Source: Gammaproteobacteria bacterium
GTDB taxonomy: Bacteria; Pseudomonadota; Gammaproteobacteria; JBCCGL01
NCBI GenBank assembly: GCA_965277715.1
Contig: OZ255836.1
Span: 1,824,001-1,888,000, forward strand
DNA length: 64,000 bases
Direction: 5' to 3'
The notes under the pieces: generated by a model
The model's input: the letters and a program-made list of their open reading frames with translations, nothing else
Told to the model about the DNA's origin: nothing
The model's database searches: none
Shown here: positions 1 through 8,458 of the stretch, in pieces
Layout: every line of letters starts with the position of its first letter
How positions within the stretch are numbered: the first letter of the stretch is position 1
Position numbers and translations under genes: made by a program

Positions 1-157
1 GACCTCCCCAGTCAGATGGTAGTAGCCACGAATGAAAAGGCCAAATTCACTCGGCTGCCTATGTGTGAAGGGTTACGCAGTATGAATTTATCCAATAGCG
101 TGGCAGTGGCGGTTTTATCAGGTGTGGCGACAAATGGGGCTCTATGGCCGTGTGTAA
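1..157 (+). pseudogene. trmL: 3' end of a TrmL-like tRNA (cytidine/uridine-2'-O)-methyltransferase with an apparent frameshift, cut by the window edge
   Basis: RLPMCEGLRSMNLSNSVAVAV matches the SPOUT TrmL motif (IPM...RSLNLSN.VAV.VYEAWRQ). The expected continuation YQVWRQMG...* is in the +1 frame after a TTTT run at 113-116, with a stop at 155-157. Confidence 0.6.
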
Positions 158-176
158 AACGCACTGCTAAAACAGT

Positions 177-710
177 CTATTTCCCGATAAGCTGGGCCAG
201 TTGGTTAAACCAGGCCACCAGGTCGTCCAGTGAAAATACGGCATTTGCCGGGCTGGGGTTGGGTGCTACAAATACACTGGATTGGCCAATTTTATTGTCT
301 TGCAGCCCCCACGGTACGGATTGTGACGCCGTATGCGCTGCGTATTTCACATAGTTTTTATATGCCACCTTACCGTGAAACCACACGAGCCCTGGCTGGT
401 AGCACAGTAACTTTTCCTCCAGTACGGGCACCCACTGCTTAAAATCGGCGGCGCGCAAATCACCTGCGCCCGCTGTCGGGCGCTTAACCGTATCGGTAAA
501 TCCTATCCGCTCGCGCTCAAGCATGTGTTGCATCGATTCACGCGAAGGCGTTAGCGGGTTTTGCAGTAGCCGGGATTGGTTCAGGGCGGGCCAGAACCGA
601 TTGCGCCTGCCGGAAAAATAATAACCATCGCGCACAGACGGTAACGAGGGGTTAAGCCCAACAGAGATCATGCACAAATCGTGATCGAGGTAGTCGCTGA
701 GGGTTTGCAT
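177..710 (-). CDS. mug: Mismatch-specific uracil-DNA glycosylase (Mug/TDG family)
   Basis: Motifs GLNPS, NRFW, GFTD.VKRPT and PNPSPAN. Confidence 0.85.
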   Translation of the reverse strand: MQTLSDYLDHDLCMISVGLNPSLPSVRDGYYFSGRRNRFWPALNQSRLLQNPLTPSRESMQHMLERERIGFTDTVKRPTAGAGDLRAADFKQWVPVLEEKLLCYQPGLVWFHGKVAYKNYVKYAAHTASQSVPWGLQDNKIGQSSVFVAPNPSPANAVFSLDDLVAWFNQLAQLIGK

Positions 711-715
711 TTGAA

Positions 716-1330
716 TTAATCCGGTCGCTGGATAAAAATTTTCTCACCAAACGTGCTGTATTCACCGCCGCCGAGCCTGCCGATGGGGTCAATTTTTTCG
801 GCCAGAATCTTGCGGCGGTTTTTCGCGTCCAGGGTGACAACATCATCGTCGGTGTAGGTGTATTGGATACGGCCAAAGAGCAGGCACTGCGCCGAGTTGC
901 CAATCTCTTCAGATTTCTCCAATGTGCAGGCAAATGCGATGCGGCACGCGGCCAGTCGCGGCAGTCGAAAACCATCAAATTCGGTCAGCTCAAGGCCGAG
1001 TTTTTCCACTTCAGACACGCCACTGGGCAGCGTGGCGGAGCTTTGCGTCATTGCATTCGCCATTTCCCGGTGGGCGATGTGCACTACAAATTCCTTCCGC
1101 GCTTCAATATTGGTGCGGGTATCTTTGTCGCTGCCATCGTTTTGCCGGGCGATGGATAGCATTATAAGGGGTGGATCACTGCACACTGCGTTGAAATAGG
1201 AGAAGGGCGCGAGGTTGAAATTGGCTTCCTGATTTTCTGATAATACCCAGGCGACCGGGCGCGGGATAATGGTTTGGATCATGGTCATATAGGCTTGCGC
1301 GGGCGATAGGGTGTTCATATCGATAATCAT
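716..1330 (-). CDS. Flavin reductase family protein
   Basis: IPRPVAWV, NLAPFSYFN, KDTRTNIE and IGRLGG motifs. The start is placed at MIIDM (1330) rather than the longer ORF start. Confidence 0.85.
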   Translation of the reverse strand: MIIDMNTLSPAQAYMTMIQTIIPRPVAWVLSENQEANFNLAPFSYFNAVCSDPPLIMLSIARQNDGSDKDTRTNIEARKEFVVHIAHREMANAMTQSSATLPSGVSEVEKLGLELTEFDGFRLPRLAACRIAFACTLEKSEEIGNSAQCLLFGRIQYTYTDDDVVTLDAKNRRKILAEKIDPIGRLGGGEYSTFGEKIFIQRPD

Positions 1331-1433
1331 GGAAAATTCCTGGCAGTGATTGTGCAATAGCGTGGATGGGGTAACCGTGGTTACAATGGTAGAAGACAAT
1401 AGTCTATCCCAATAACTCTGCAAAGGTGCTCCA

Positions 1434-2048
1434 ATGAAATTGCGTTATTCCCCTACGTCGCCCTATGTGCGTAAAGTCTCTATCACCGCTATTGAGTTGG
1501 GCCTTGCCGGGCAGCTCGAACACATCGATACCAATCCCTGGGACGCCAATTCGGATATTGTTACCGATAACCCGCTGGGCCGTGTGCCTGCACTAAGCAC
1601 CGATGCGGGTGAGTGTCTGTACGACAGTGTGGTGATATGTGAGTACCTCGATTCGCTGTCTACGGCGCAGACTTTGTTTCCTGCGGATGGGTCACGTTGG
1701 GTAGTATTGCGCCAGCATGCGTTGATGAACGGTGTGTTGGATGCGGGGATTAATGCATTTATTGAGCGGATGCGGCGGCCAGATAATCTGCAGTGGGGAG
1801 AGTGGGTGGATTTTCAGTTGGCGGCGGTTGTGCGTGCGTTGGCGGTGATGGCGGGGGAGGTGGCTGGCTTCAATGGGCAGCCATTGAATATTGCGCATAT
1901 TACCGCAGGGGCGGCGCTGGGTTATCTGGATTTTCGTTTTGCTGATGATGTTGACTGGCGTGCCATGCATCCAGAATTGGCTGATTGGTATGCGGGGTTT
2001 TCGCAGCGTGAGTCTATGCAGGTGACGGTGCCAAGAATGCCGCAGTGA
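1434..2048 (+). CDS. Glutathione S-transferase (YibF-like)
   Basis: SPTSPYVRKV, NPLGRVPAL, YDS.VICEYLD and LGYLDFRF motifs. Confidence 0.9.
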   Translation: MKLRYSPTSPYVRKVSITAIELGLAGQLEHIDTNPWDANSDIVTDNPLGRVPALSTDAGECLYDSVVICEYLDSLSTAQTLFPADGSRWVVLRQHALMNGVLDAGINAFIERMRRPDNLQWGEWVDFQLAAVVRALAVMAGEVAGFNGQPLNIAHITAGAALGYLDFRFADDVDWRAMHPELADWYAGFSQRESMQVTVPRMPQ

Positions 2049-2191
2049 TCATTTGGTTTTTTATACTAATACATCCCCAGTTTTAAATTGATTAATATAT
2101 AAGGCTACTTAGGTAAGTAGCCAATATATCAGAGGCACAATCTGATTGTTGATTGTATGGAGGCTTACCTTGATGCATTGCCTGCCTGTTG

Positions 2192-3184
2192 TTAGCGGCC
2201 TACTGGAGATAGGTCTACATTGCCCCCAGTAAGAATGATGCCCACCCGCTTTCCGGAAAATATAGTGGGGTTGGCAAAGATTGCCGCCAGCGCAACGGCG
2301 GAAGAAGGTTCTACGATAATTTTCATGCGTTGCCAAATCAAACCCGTGGCCTCGATAATTTGCTGTTCGCTCACGCGTAAAATATCGGTGAGGTGTCGGT
2401 GGATAATGGGGAATGTCAGCGAACCGAGGGAGGTTTTCAGCCCGTCTGCGATGGTGTTGGGGGCATCTTCTTCGATAATATAACCCGCCTTAAATGATCG
2501 GTAGGCGTCGTCCGCATTGTGGGGTTCGGCGGCATAGACGGTGATGTTTTGCCTGGCCGCCGCCGCGCTGATGGCACAACCGCTGATTAATCCACCCCCG
2601 CCCACTGGCGCGACGATAATTTCCAGTTCATCGATTTCTGTCAATAACTCCAGTGCGCAGGTTGCCTGCCCGGCAATGACATCGGTGTTGTTGTAGGGGT
2701 GTACAAAGTGTGCACCACACTTTTCAGTGATGGCGTTGAGTGTGGCTTCACGTGCCGCATTGCTGGCGGCGCAGGTAACAATTTCCCCACCGTAATGGCG
2801 CACAGCATCTTGCTTAACCTGGGGGGCATTTTCCGGCATTACCACGGTAGCGGAGATTCCCCGGTTGGCGGCGGCACAACAAAGTGCGGCACCATGATTG
2901 CCCGATGAGTGCGTTGCAACGCCATTGGCCGCGTCCGTATCGGGCAGTGCAAATACAGCGTTGTGGGCACCACGCGCTTTAAAGGCACCGGTTTTCTGGA
3001 AATTTTCACATTTGAAAAATAATTGTGCACCGGTGATTTTATCAAAGGTTGTACTGGTCAGTACCGGGGTGTTGTGTACCCATGGTCGGATGCGTGTGTG
3101 TGCGGCGTGCACATCGTCAATGGTGGGTGGTGTGGTTATTGTGGTCGAGGGTGGCTGTGTAGCCTGGTTTGCATTGCTGGACAT
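2192..3184 (-). CDS. PLP-dependent Ser/Thr dehydratase family enzyme, resembling beta-hydroxyaspartate dehydratase BhcB
   Basis: KCENFQKTGAFKARGA (PLP lysine), THSSGNHG, GGGG, DDAYRSFKAGYII and TGGNVD; close to recalled BhcB sequences. Confidence 0.8.
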   Translation of the reverse strand: MSSNANQATQPPSTTITTPPTIDDVHAAHTRIRPWVHNTPVLTSTTFDKITGAQLFFKCENFQKTGAFKARGAHNAVFALPDTDAANGVATHSSGNHGAALCCAAANRGISATVVMPENAPQVKQDAVRHYGGEIVTCAASNAAREATLNAITEKCGAHFVHPYNNTDVIAGQATCALELLTEIDELEIIVAPVGGGGLISGCAISAAAARQNITVYAAEPHNADDAYRSFKAGYIIEEDAPNTIADGLKTSLGSLTFPIIHRHLTDILRVSEQQIIEATGLIWQRMKIIVEPSSAVALAAIFANPTIFSGKRVGIILTGGNVDLSPVGR

Positions 3185-3201
3185 ACATTGTTTTCCGCTT
3201 A

Positions 3202-6200
3202 TTACAATGGGTATTGTAATAAAACGCGGGTGTTGGCGTTAACGTTTTGTTGTCCCGTTACTTTGCCGTTTGGCCAGATAACTTTGATGTCGACAGCGCT
3301 TGCATCACCTAAGCCAAAGTGTTGTTCTTTGGGGTGGACTGACATATAGCCGGTGGTGCTTTGTACTTCACGGCTCATTTGCCTGCCAGAGGCGGTGACC
3401 AGTATCTTTGCACCGACAGCATCGCGGTTGATGCCTTTTTGACTATTGCCCACGAGCCTGACTTTTAACCAGTTGCGCTGGTGTCGTTGTGTGTTGTTTC
3501 GGTATAAGGTGGCGTGGTCGTGGTAATTGTTGAGAACAATATCCAGGTCGCCGTCGTTGTCCAGATCCAGATAGGCGGCGCTGCGGGAGTTTCCCAGTAG
3601 ATCCGCGCCACTTTGTTGGGAGCGGTTTTGTAGTTTGCCGCCTTCGTTGACAAAAAATACATTGCTCTCTTTGGTCGATACGGGAATCACAATGCCCTGC
3701 CGGGCGTTATTGTCCGGGTCTGTGTAATAGGGGTTTTCGCTGCTGTAGAGGTTGTACTCATTCATGCCATTGAGCACATATAAGTCGTCATCGCCATCGT
3801 TATCAAAGTCGAAGAAGTCGGCATCCCATGACCAGCCCGTCGATGAATAGCCGCGTTCGACCAGTTCGCTTAATTGGTAATGGGCGCCGCCCTCTGCCAA
3901 TGGGCGGGATAAAAACAGGTCGTTGGCCTCCACCACGCGCATATCTGATAGCTTGTCCGGGTTGAATTTCATGGGGGTTGTCGCGTTGGGCTGCACATAG
4001 GTTTCATCCTTGTTCATCACGACGATATTGGCGATGTAGATGTCGGGAAATGTATCCCGGTTTAGGTCGGTGCTGCTAATGCTCATGGTGTACGACGGTT
4101 TGCGGGTGCCAATTTTTGCCGCAATGTCCTCGAATTTTCCGTTGCCTTTATTGAGGTAGTAGCTGTTCACGCCAAAATCGTTGCCAACAATCAGGTCTTG
4201 CAGGGTGTCGTTGTTTAAGTCGGTATGCGTTACCGCTTGCGTCCAGCCGGTGTTATTGAACGATTCATCGATGGCTACCTCACGGAATGTAAATCCGCCC
4301 AGGTTTTTGAACAGTTTATTGGGCAAGCCGTTGTCGTTATATCTTTTTAAGGTGGGTAAAACGCCGTGCAGGTAATCGCCAAAATAGGTGATATAGATAT
4401 CCAGCAGGCCATCGTTGTCGTAATCCAATAAGGTGGCTGGCCCACCCACCAGACCTTTCCCACCCAATTTGGCCTGCGCAGTGACATCTTCAAATGTGGC
4501 ATTGCCCCGGTTTTTGAACACCCGGTGGTTATCATCAACGTAGGTGATAACAATATCCTGTAAGCCATCGTTGTCCAGGTCGGCGATCAGCGGTTGCCTG
4601 GGTTCTCCCGGTTGTTGATCTTCCGGGCGGCGCCATTGCAGGCCGGATGTGGCACTGACATCGATAAAGCGTTCGCCGCGCTGGTTTAGGTACAGGTGGT
4701 TGCCCAGGCCACTGAGCAACAGGATATCCACAAATCCGTCAGCATTAATATCTTCAGCGGCGACGCCTGCGCCACCAAATGCAGGGGGGATGGTGATAAT
4801 CCCGGTGTTTTCATCTTTCTTTAAATAGCTGCGCAATTGGCGGCTCAACCAATCGGATGACCGGTGTAAATGCGTGATGCCATAGGGCTGTGTAATATCG
4901 GTAAAATAACCGGATTGCGCCGCATCGGTCACTGTGGGTGTCGATGTGATGGCTGCCTGCTGGGCATCTACGGTGGGTTGCGCATTATTCCCGGTTATGC
5001 GCTCGTTGATGCGCGCAATCGCCAGAGCTACGTGGTCGGCTTTAATCCGGTTATCGCCCTGTTCTTTTCCCACCTGGCCCACCAGTCGTAATAAAAGTAC
5101 ACCAAATTGTGCAATATTCTCGGCGAGTAATTCGGCAGCAAACGGGTCTGGCGCGAGCTGACCATTAAATTCCGGGTGCTGAATGGCGAACTGGAGATAG
5201 CGCCAGTGGTTACCGCTGTCCCGAAATGCATCCATATCGTAGGATTCAATGGGCACCTGCCTGGTAGGGGGCAGGCGTGGGAAAAAGATAACATCCTCGT
5301 ACTGATTGACCTGGTGCGGAATAAAATGCTGAATAAAAGCGCTGACATCGCTTTCTCTGATCAGGTTGTGTTTATGGTGGTTGGCGACAATTTCCGCCCC
5401 TAGATAAAGATCATTGGCAAAGACGATAACCGCTTCTTGAAAAAGACCGATAAAACGCTGGCTTTCCTGTTGCGTTTCCGGCCAGCGGTTTTTGCTTAGA
5501 AAGACTTGCAGGTTGCGAATAAACAGTTGGTTACTGACCTGGTTGTATTGCTTATAAGAGGCGACTTTCTGGTCGATAATACTGTGCAAAACGGTAAGCC
5601 CTGCTTCTCCCGTATTATTTGATGCAGATACGGGTGTCGGGACTGTCTTATCGGTTTGTTGTGGCGTCTCGATGCTGAGCAGTTGTTGCCAGGTTTCGCG
5701 TAGCAGGGTTTCGCTAATCTGGTATTGGTTGTTGCGGCGGGCGCGTTGGTCGGCAATCTTGAGAACGGCCAATGCAAACAAATCCAGCGTTTGCTTTAGT
5801 TGATCGATTGTGTCACGAGATAGCGGCAGGGTGTGTTTGTTTCCAGTCAATATATATTCCTGCTGTACCGCTAACAGCGCCCGTAGAGAATAGGCAATAC
5901 TAGCGTATTGGCGCAGGTCGTTTTTGTGGATAGTAACCTCAATACGGTCGTTGAAATGCAGTGCCCAATGCTGGTTGGTGTCAGGGGTGTAGCTGAATAT
6001 TTTTGCGGTGGCGGCGTCTAGTTGTGCTGGATTTACCTGTTTGTATTTCAGTGCCAGTGCGCTGGCCGAGGCTTGTTTCCACAGGTGTTGAATAAAAGCG
6101 CGCGATAGGTCGTTTTTTGCAAACCGGGCCGGTGATGACAACGGCGTGCCAAACATAAAATCCTCCAGGCGTGAGGCGGTGGCATAGCACTTGGGTTCGT

Positions 6201-6339
6201 TATCGCCTTCCAGATTTTTGATTGCACTAGTGATTTCCTGCAGGCTTTGGGTGTCTGCGAGGGATGCCAGTGGCGCTATTAACGCAATTAAAAATATCGT
6301 GTGTAGGCAGGTTTTTATTGAGCACACGGGCTTATGCAT
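3202..6339 (-). CDS. Secreted CRTAC1-like protein with FG-GAP repeats and a C-terminal ASPIC/UnbV domain; novel helical N-terminal half
   Basis: Signal peptide MHKPV...LASLA. Multiple DxDNDGxxD FG-GAP motifs, GWSW, and C-terminal NRDAVGAKI...HFGLG...WPNG. Confidence 0.85.
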   Translation of the reverse strand: MHKPVCSIKTCLHTIFLIALIAPLASLADTQSLQEITSAIKNLEGDNEPKCYATASRLEDFMFGTPLSSPARFAKNDLSRAFIQHLWKQASASALALKYKQVNPAQLDAATAKIFSYTPDTNQHWALHFNDRIEVTIHKNDLRQYASIAYSLRALLAVQQEYILTGNKHTLPLSRDTIDQLKQTLDLFALAVLKIADQRARRNNQYQISETLLRETWQQLLSIETPQQTDKTVPTPVSASNNTGEAGLTVLHSIIDQKVASYKQYNQVSNQLFIRNLQVFLSKNRWPETQQESQRFIGLFQEAVIVFANDLYLGAEIVANHHKHNLIRESDVSAFIQHFIPHQVNQYEDVIFFPRLPPTRQVPIESYDMDAFRDSGNHWRYLQFAIQHPEFNGQLAPDPFAAELLAENIAQFGVLLLRLVGQVGKEQGDNRIKADHVALAIARINERITGNNAQPTVDAQQAAITSTPTVTDAAQSGYFTDITQPYGITHLHRSSDWLSRQLRSYLKKDENTGIITIPPAFGGAGVAAEDINADGFVDILLLSGLGNHLYLNQRGERFIDVSATSGLQWRRPEDQQPGEPRQPLIADLDNDGLQDIVITYVDDNHRVFKNRGNATFEDVTAQAKLGGKGLVGGPATLLDYDNDGLLDIYITYFGDYLHGVLPTLKRYNDNGLPNKLFKNLGGFTFREVAIDESFNNTGWTQAVTHTDLNNDTLQDLIVGNDFGVNSYYLNKGNGKFEDIAAKIGTRKPSYTMSISSTDLNRDTFPDIYIANIVVMNKDETYVQPNATTPMKFNPDKLSDMRVVEANDLFLSRPLAEGGAHYQLSELVERGYSSTGWSWDADFFDFDNDGDDDLYVLNGMNEYNLYSSENPYYTDPDNNARQGIVIPVSTKESNVFFVNEGGKLQNRSQQSGADLLGNSRSAAYLDLDNDGDLDIVLNNYHDHATLYRNNTQRHQRNWLKVRLVGNSQKGINRDAVGAKILVTASGRQMSREVQSTTGYMSVHPKEQHFGLGDASAVDIKVIWPNGKVTGQQNVNANTRVLLQYPL

Positions 6340-6416
6340 TATCAATAGTGTCGATGGAAAAATGACCCACAAAAAAGCGTGGGTCATTGAATAAATCGAG
6401 TGTAAAGCGACAGAAG

Positions 6417-7811
6417 TCAGGGCTTTGCGCTGGCTCCCAGCAATTGGTTAACTTTTTCACTGAGGTTTTTCAAAAGGGTTGTGTTTTGCTGGATTTGCGC
6501 GTCTTTTTGGGTGAGTTTTGCTTCCAGCGCGATTATCTTCTGCTCTTTTAGTGCCAGCTTTTGATTTAACGCCTGAATTGAGGCCAGGGCTATACCGTCG
6601 CTATCCACTGTCGATATACGCCTTTTATCTGAACCCAGGCCAAACAGGTCAAAAAAGTCCTCTGCCATCGGGCCAATATGAGAAGCACCTGTGCCATCAT
6701 CTTTAAAGCGCCATTTCAAGATAGGCATATTCACCACAGCATCCAGAATGGAAAGCGGGTTAATTTCAGAAAAGTTTTCTTTCAGGGTACGGGATGATGA
6801 AGGGTTAAACGCAACTGCAGTGACCTCGCCCCGGATTAAAGCATCACCTGTTGGTGAGAGTGAAAACTCTACATTGCCATCAGAAAAGTCACCGGCCAGA
6901 AAACCACCAGCGGCAGTGAGTAATAGCCCTGTTACTCCCCCAGCACCAAATGTTTCACCTGCAGCACTCAATAATAGAGAACCTGGAGCTATACCATCTG
7001 ATTGGCCTATAAGCCACGTGTTACTGGTGTTGGTGTTATTCAGCAGAACCCTGCTGTTACTGTTAGTGCGTAGCTCCAGCAATGTGTCACCGGACCCCGC
7101 TACCCCGGTGGTTGTACTGGCGGTTTCCTCGACCAATATCCTTGCACCGCCATCGGTTGAGAACAGGTGTAAATCTGTCGTTGGGGTGTTGGTACCGAGG
7201 CCTATATCACCGGTATTTTCAATAACTAAGCTATTGTTGCCTGCGCCTGGCTGAATCCGAAAGGGCAGTAGACTGCTATTGGTCACATCGCGAATAAAAA
7301 AATTGCTTTCATTGCTACCTAAATCCCACGCCTGTGGGGTAAAGCCACTGCTACCGTTTTGTTCCAGGCGCACTGTCGGTGTATTGCCATCGACAACATG
7401 TACCTGGACAATCGCACTGCTGGTGCCAACACCAATATTACCGCTGCTGTTGACGCGCAAACTATCGGCAGGGGCGCCAGCATCGACGCGAAAAACCTGG
7501 CTATTCGCAGTAGAATCTTCAACAGCGAAGTAATTACTCCCACCATTGGCTGTATCGTTAAAAACAAAACGCCAGTCATTTGAGGGGAAGCTGGAACTAC
7601 TACTGGTATCGTCAAAATGAATACGCAGGTTGTTTTCTTTTAAGCGAAATGTATCAAAACCAAAATTTTCCCCATTGACGCAATCATTGCCCGTGCAGAG
7701 GCTGAATGTAATGATGGTGTCATCAAGATGCACAATATCGGCGTGTGCACTGGGTGTTATGGTAAGTAATATCAGCCACATCAGTGGGTTTTTTACTGTC
7801 TTTGTAAACAT
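6417..7811 (-). CDS. Secreted tail-fibre-like protein with a C-terminal intramolecular chaperone (peptidase S74) domain and coiled coil
   Basis: Signal peptide ...PSAHA. G(N/D)IG(V/L)GT repeats; SSRTLKEN...HIGPMAEDF...GIALASIQAL followed by a coiled coil. Confidence 0.8.
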   Translation of the reverse strand: MFTKTVKNPLMWLILLTITPSAHADIVHLDDTIITFSLCTGNDCVNGENFGFDTFRLKENNLRIHFDDTSSSSSFPSNDWRFVFNDTANGGSNYFAVEDSTANSQVFRVDAGAPADSLRVNSSGNIGVGTSSAIVQVHVVDGNTPTVRLEQNGSSGFTPQAWDLGSNESNFFIRDVTNSSLLPFRIQPGAGNNSLVIENTGDIGLGTNTPTTDLHLFSTDGGARILVEETASTTTGVAGSGDTLLELRTNSNSRVLLNNTNTSNTWLIGQSDGIAPGSLLLSAAGETFGAGGVTGLLLTAAGGFLAGDFSDGNVEFSLSPTGDALIRGEVTAVAFNPSSSRTLKENFSEINPLSILDAVVNMPILKWRFKDDGTGASHIGPMAEDFFDLFGLGSDKRRISTVDSDGIALASIQALNQKLALKEQKIIALEAKLTQKDAQIQQNTTLLKNLSEKVNQLLGASAKP

Positions 7812-7903
7812 AGTTATATATCTCTAAGCATTGGGGTACCAAGGTAACGCTATACGGCGCAGAAGCCTCTGCTGGTATTGACCATTGGTTTTGGCTGGAC
7901 GCA

Positions 7904-8311
7904 TCACTGGTTGGACGCATCAGGCACTGCATTGCTGACGAAGTGGAACCTACCGCTTTCCACGACACCGACAGGCTCACCACGTGCAGCGCGTTGTGCT
8001 TCGCTTCTACCATCATTGAGAGGCTGTTTGACGGTGTGTGCAATTTCCACGCCGGGTAGCGGTGCACTGATTTGGTAAGTGTAGGTGCCCTCGGTTAGCG
8101 GTTCATCCACAAATATCAGGAGTGAGTCGGTCTGGAGGTAAAACCCGTTAGGGCCGGTGATAGTCAATTGCCGAACGTCAGGGTGATCGGTCTCGAACTG
8201 GATGCTGTAGTCATCTGTGGTGACAATGGTTTCGGCGTAAACCTGGGCTGGCGTTATCAGGGTGCAAGCCAACAGGGTTAAAAAGGAAGCAGCGCTAACA
8301 TGTATATTCAT
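7904..8311 (-). CDS. Small secreted hypothetical protein, beta-rich
   Basis: Signal-like N terminus (LLACTLITPAQVYA) and an upstream AGGT RBS-like site; co-oriented with its neighbours. Confidence 0.65.
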   Translation of the reverse strand: MNIHVSAASFLTLLACTLITPAQVYAETIVTTDDYSIQFETDHPDVRQLTITGPNGFYLQTDSLLIFVDEPLTEGTYTYQISAPLPGVEIAHTVKQPLNDGRSEAQRAARGEPVGVVESGRFHFVSNAVPDASNQ

Positions 8312-8458
8312 GGTGATAACCTACCTAATATTTAAGTTGACTTAGTTGAGTATAGCTAGAAAAACAAGCTGTACACTGAATGTGTAAATATTTTTGTTAC
8401 GCATTTTGATACGGTTCAAAGTGACGCTTATACAAATGTTGAGGGTAATAAGTTATTG

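Noticed and set aside
6417-7811. Prophage tail gene
   Set aside because: It has a Sec signal peptide, and there are no capsid, terminase or other phage genes nearby.
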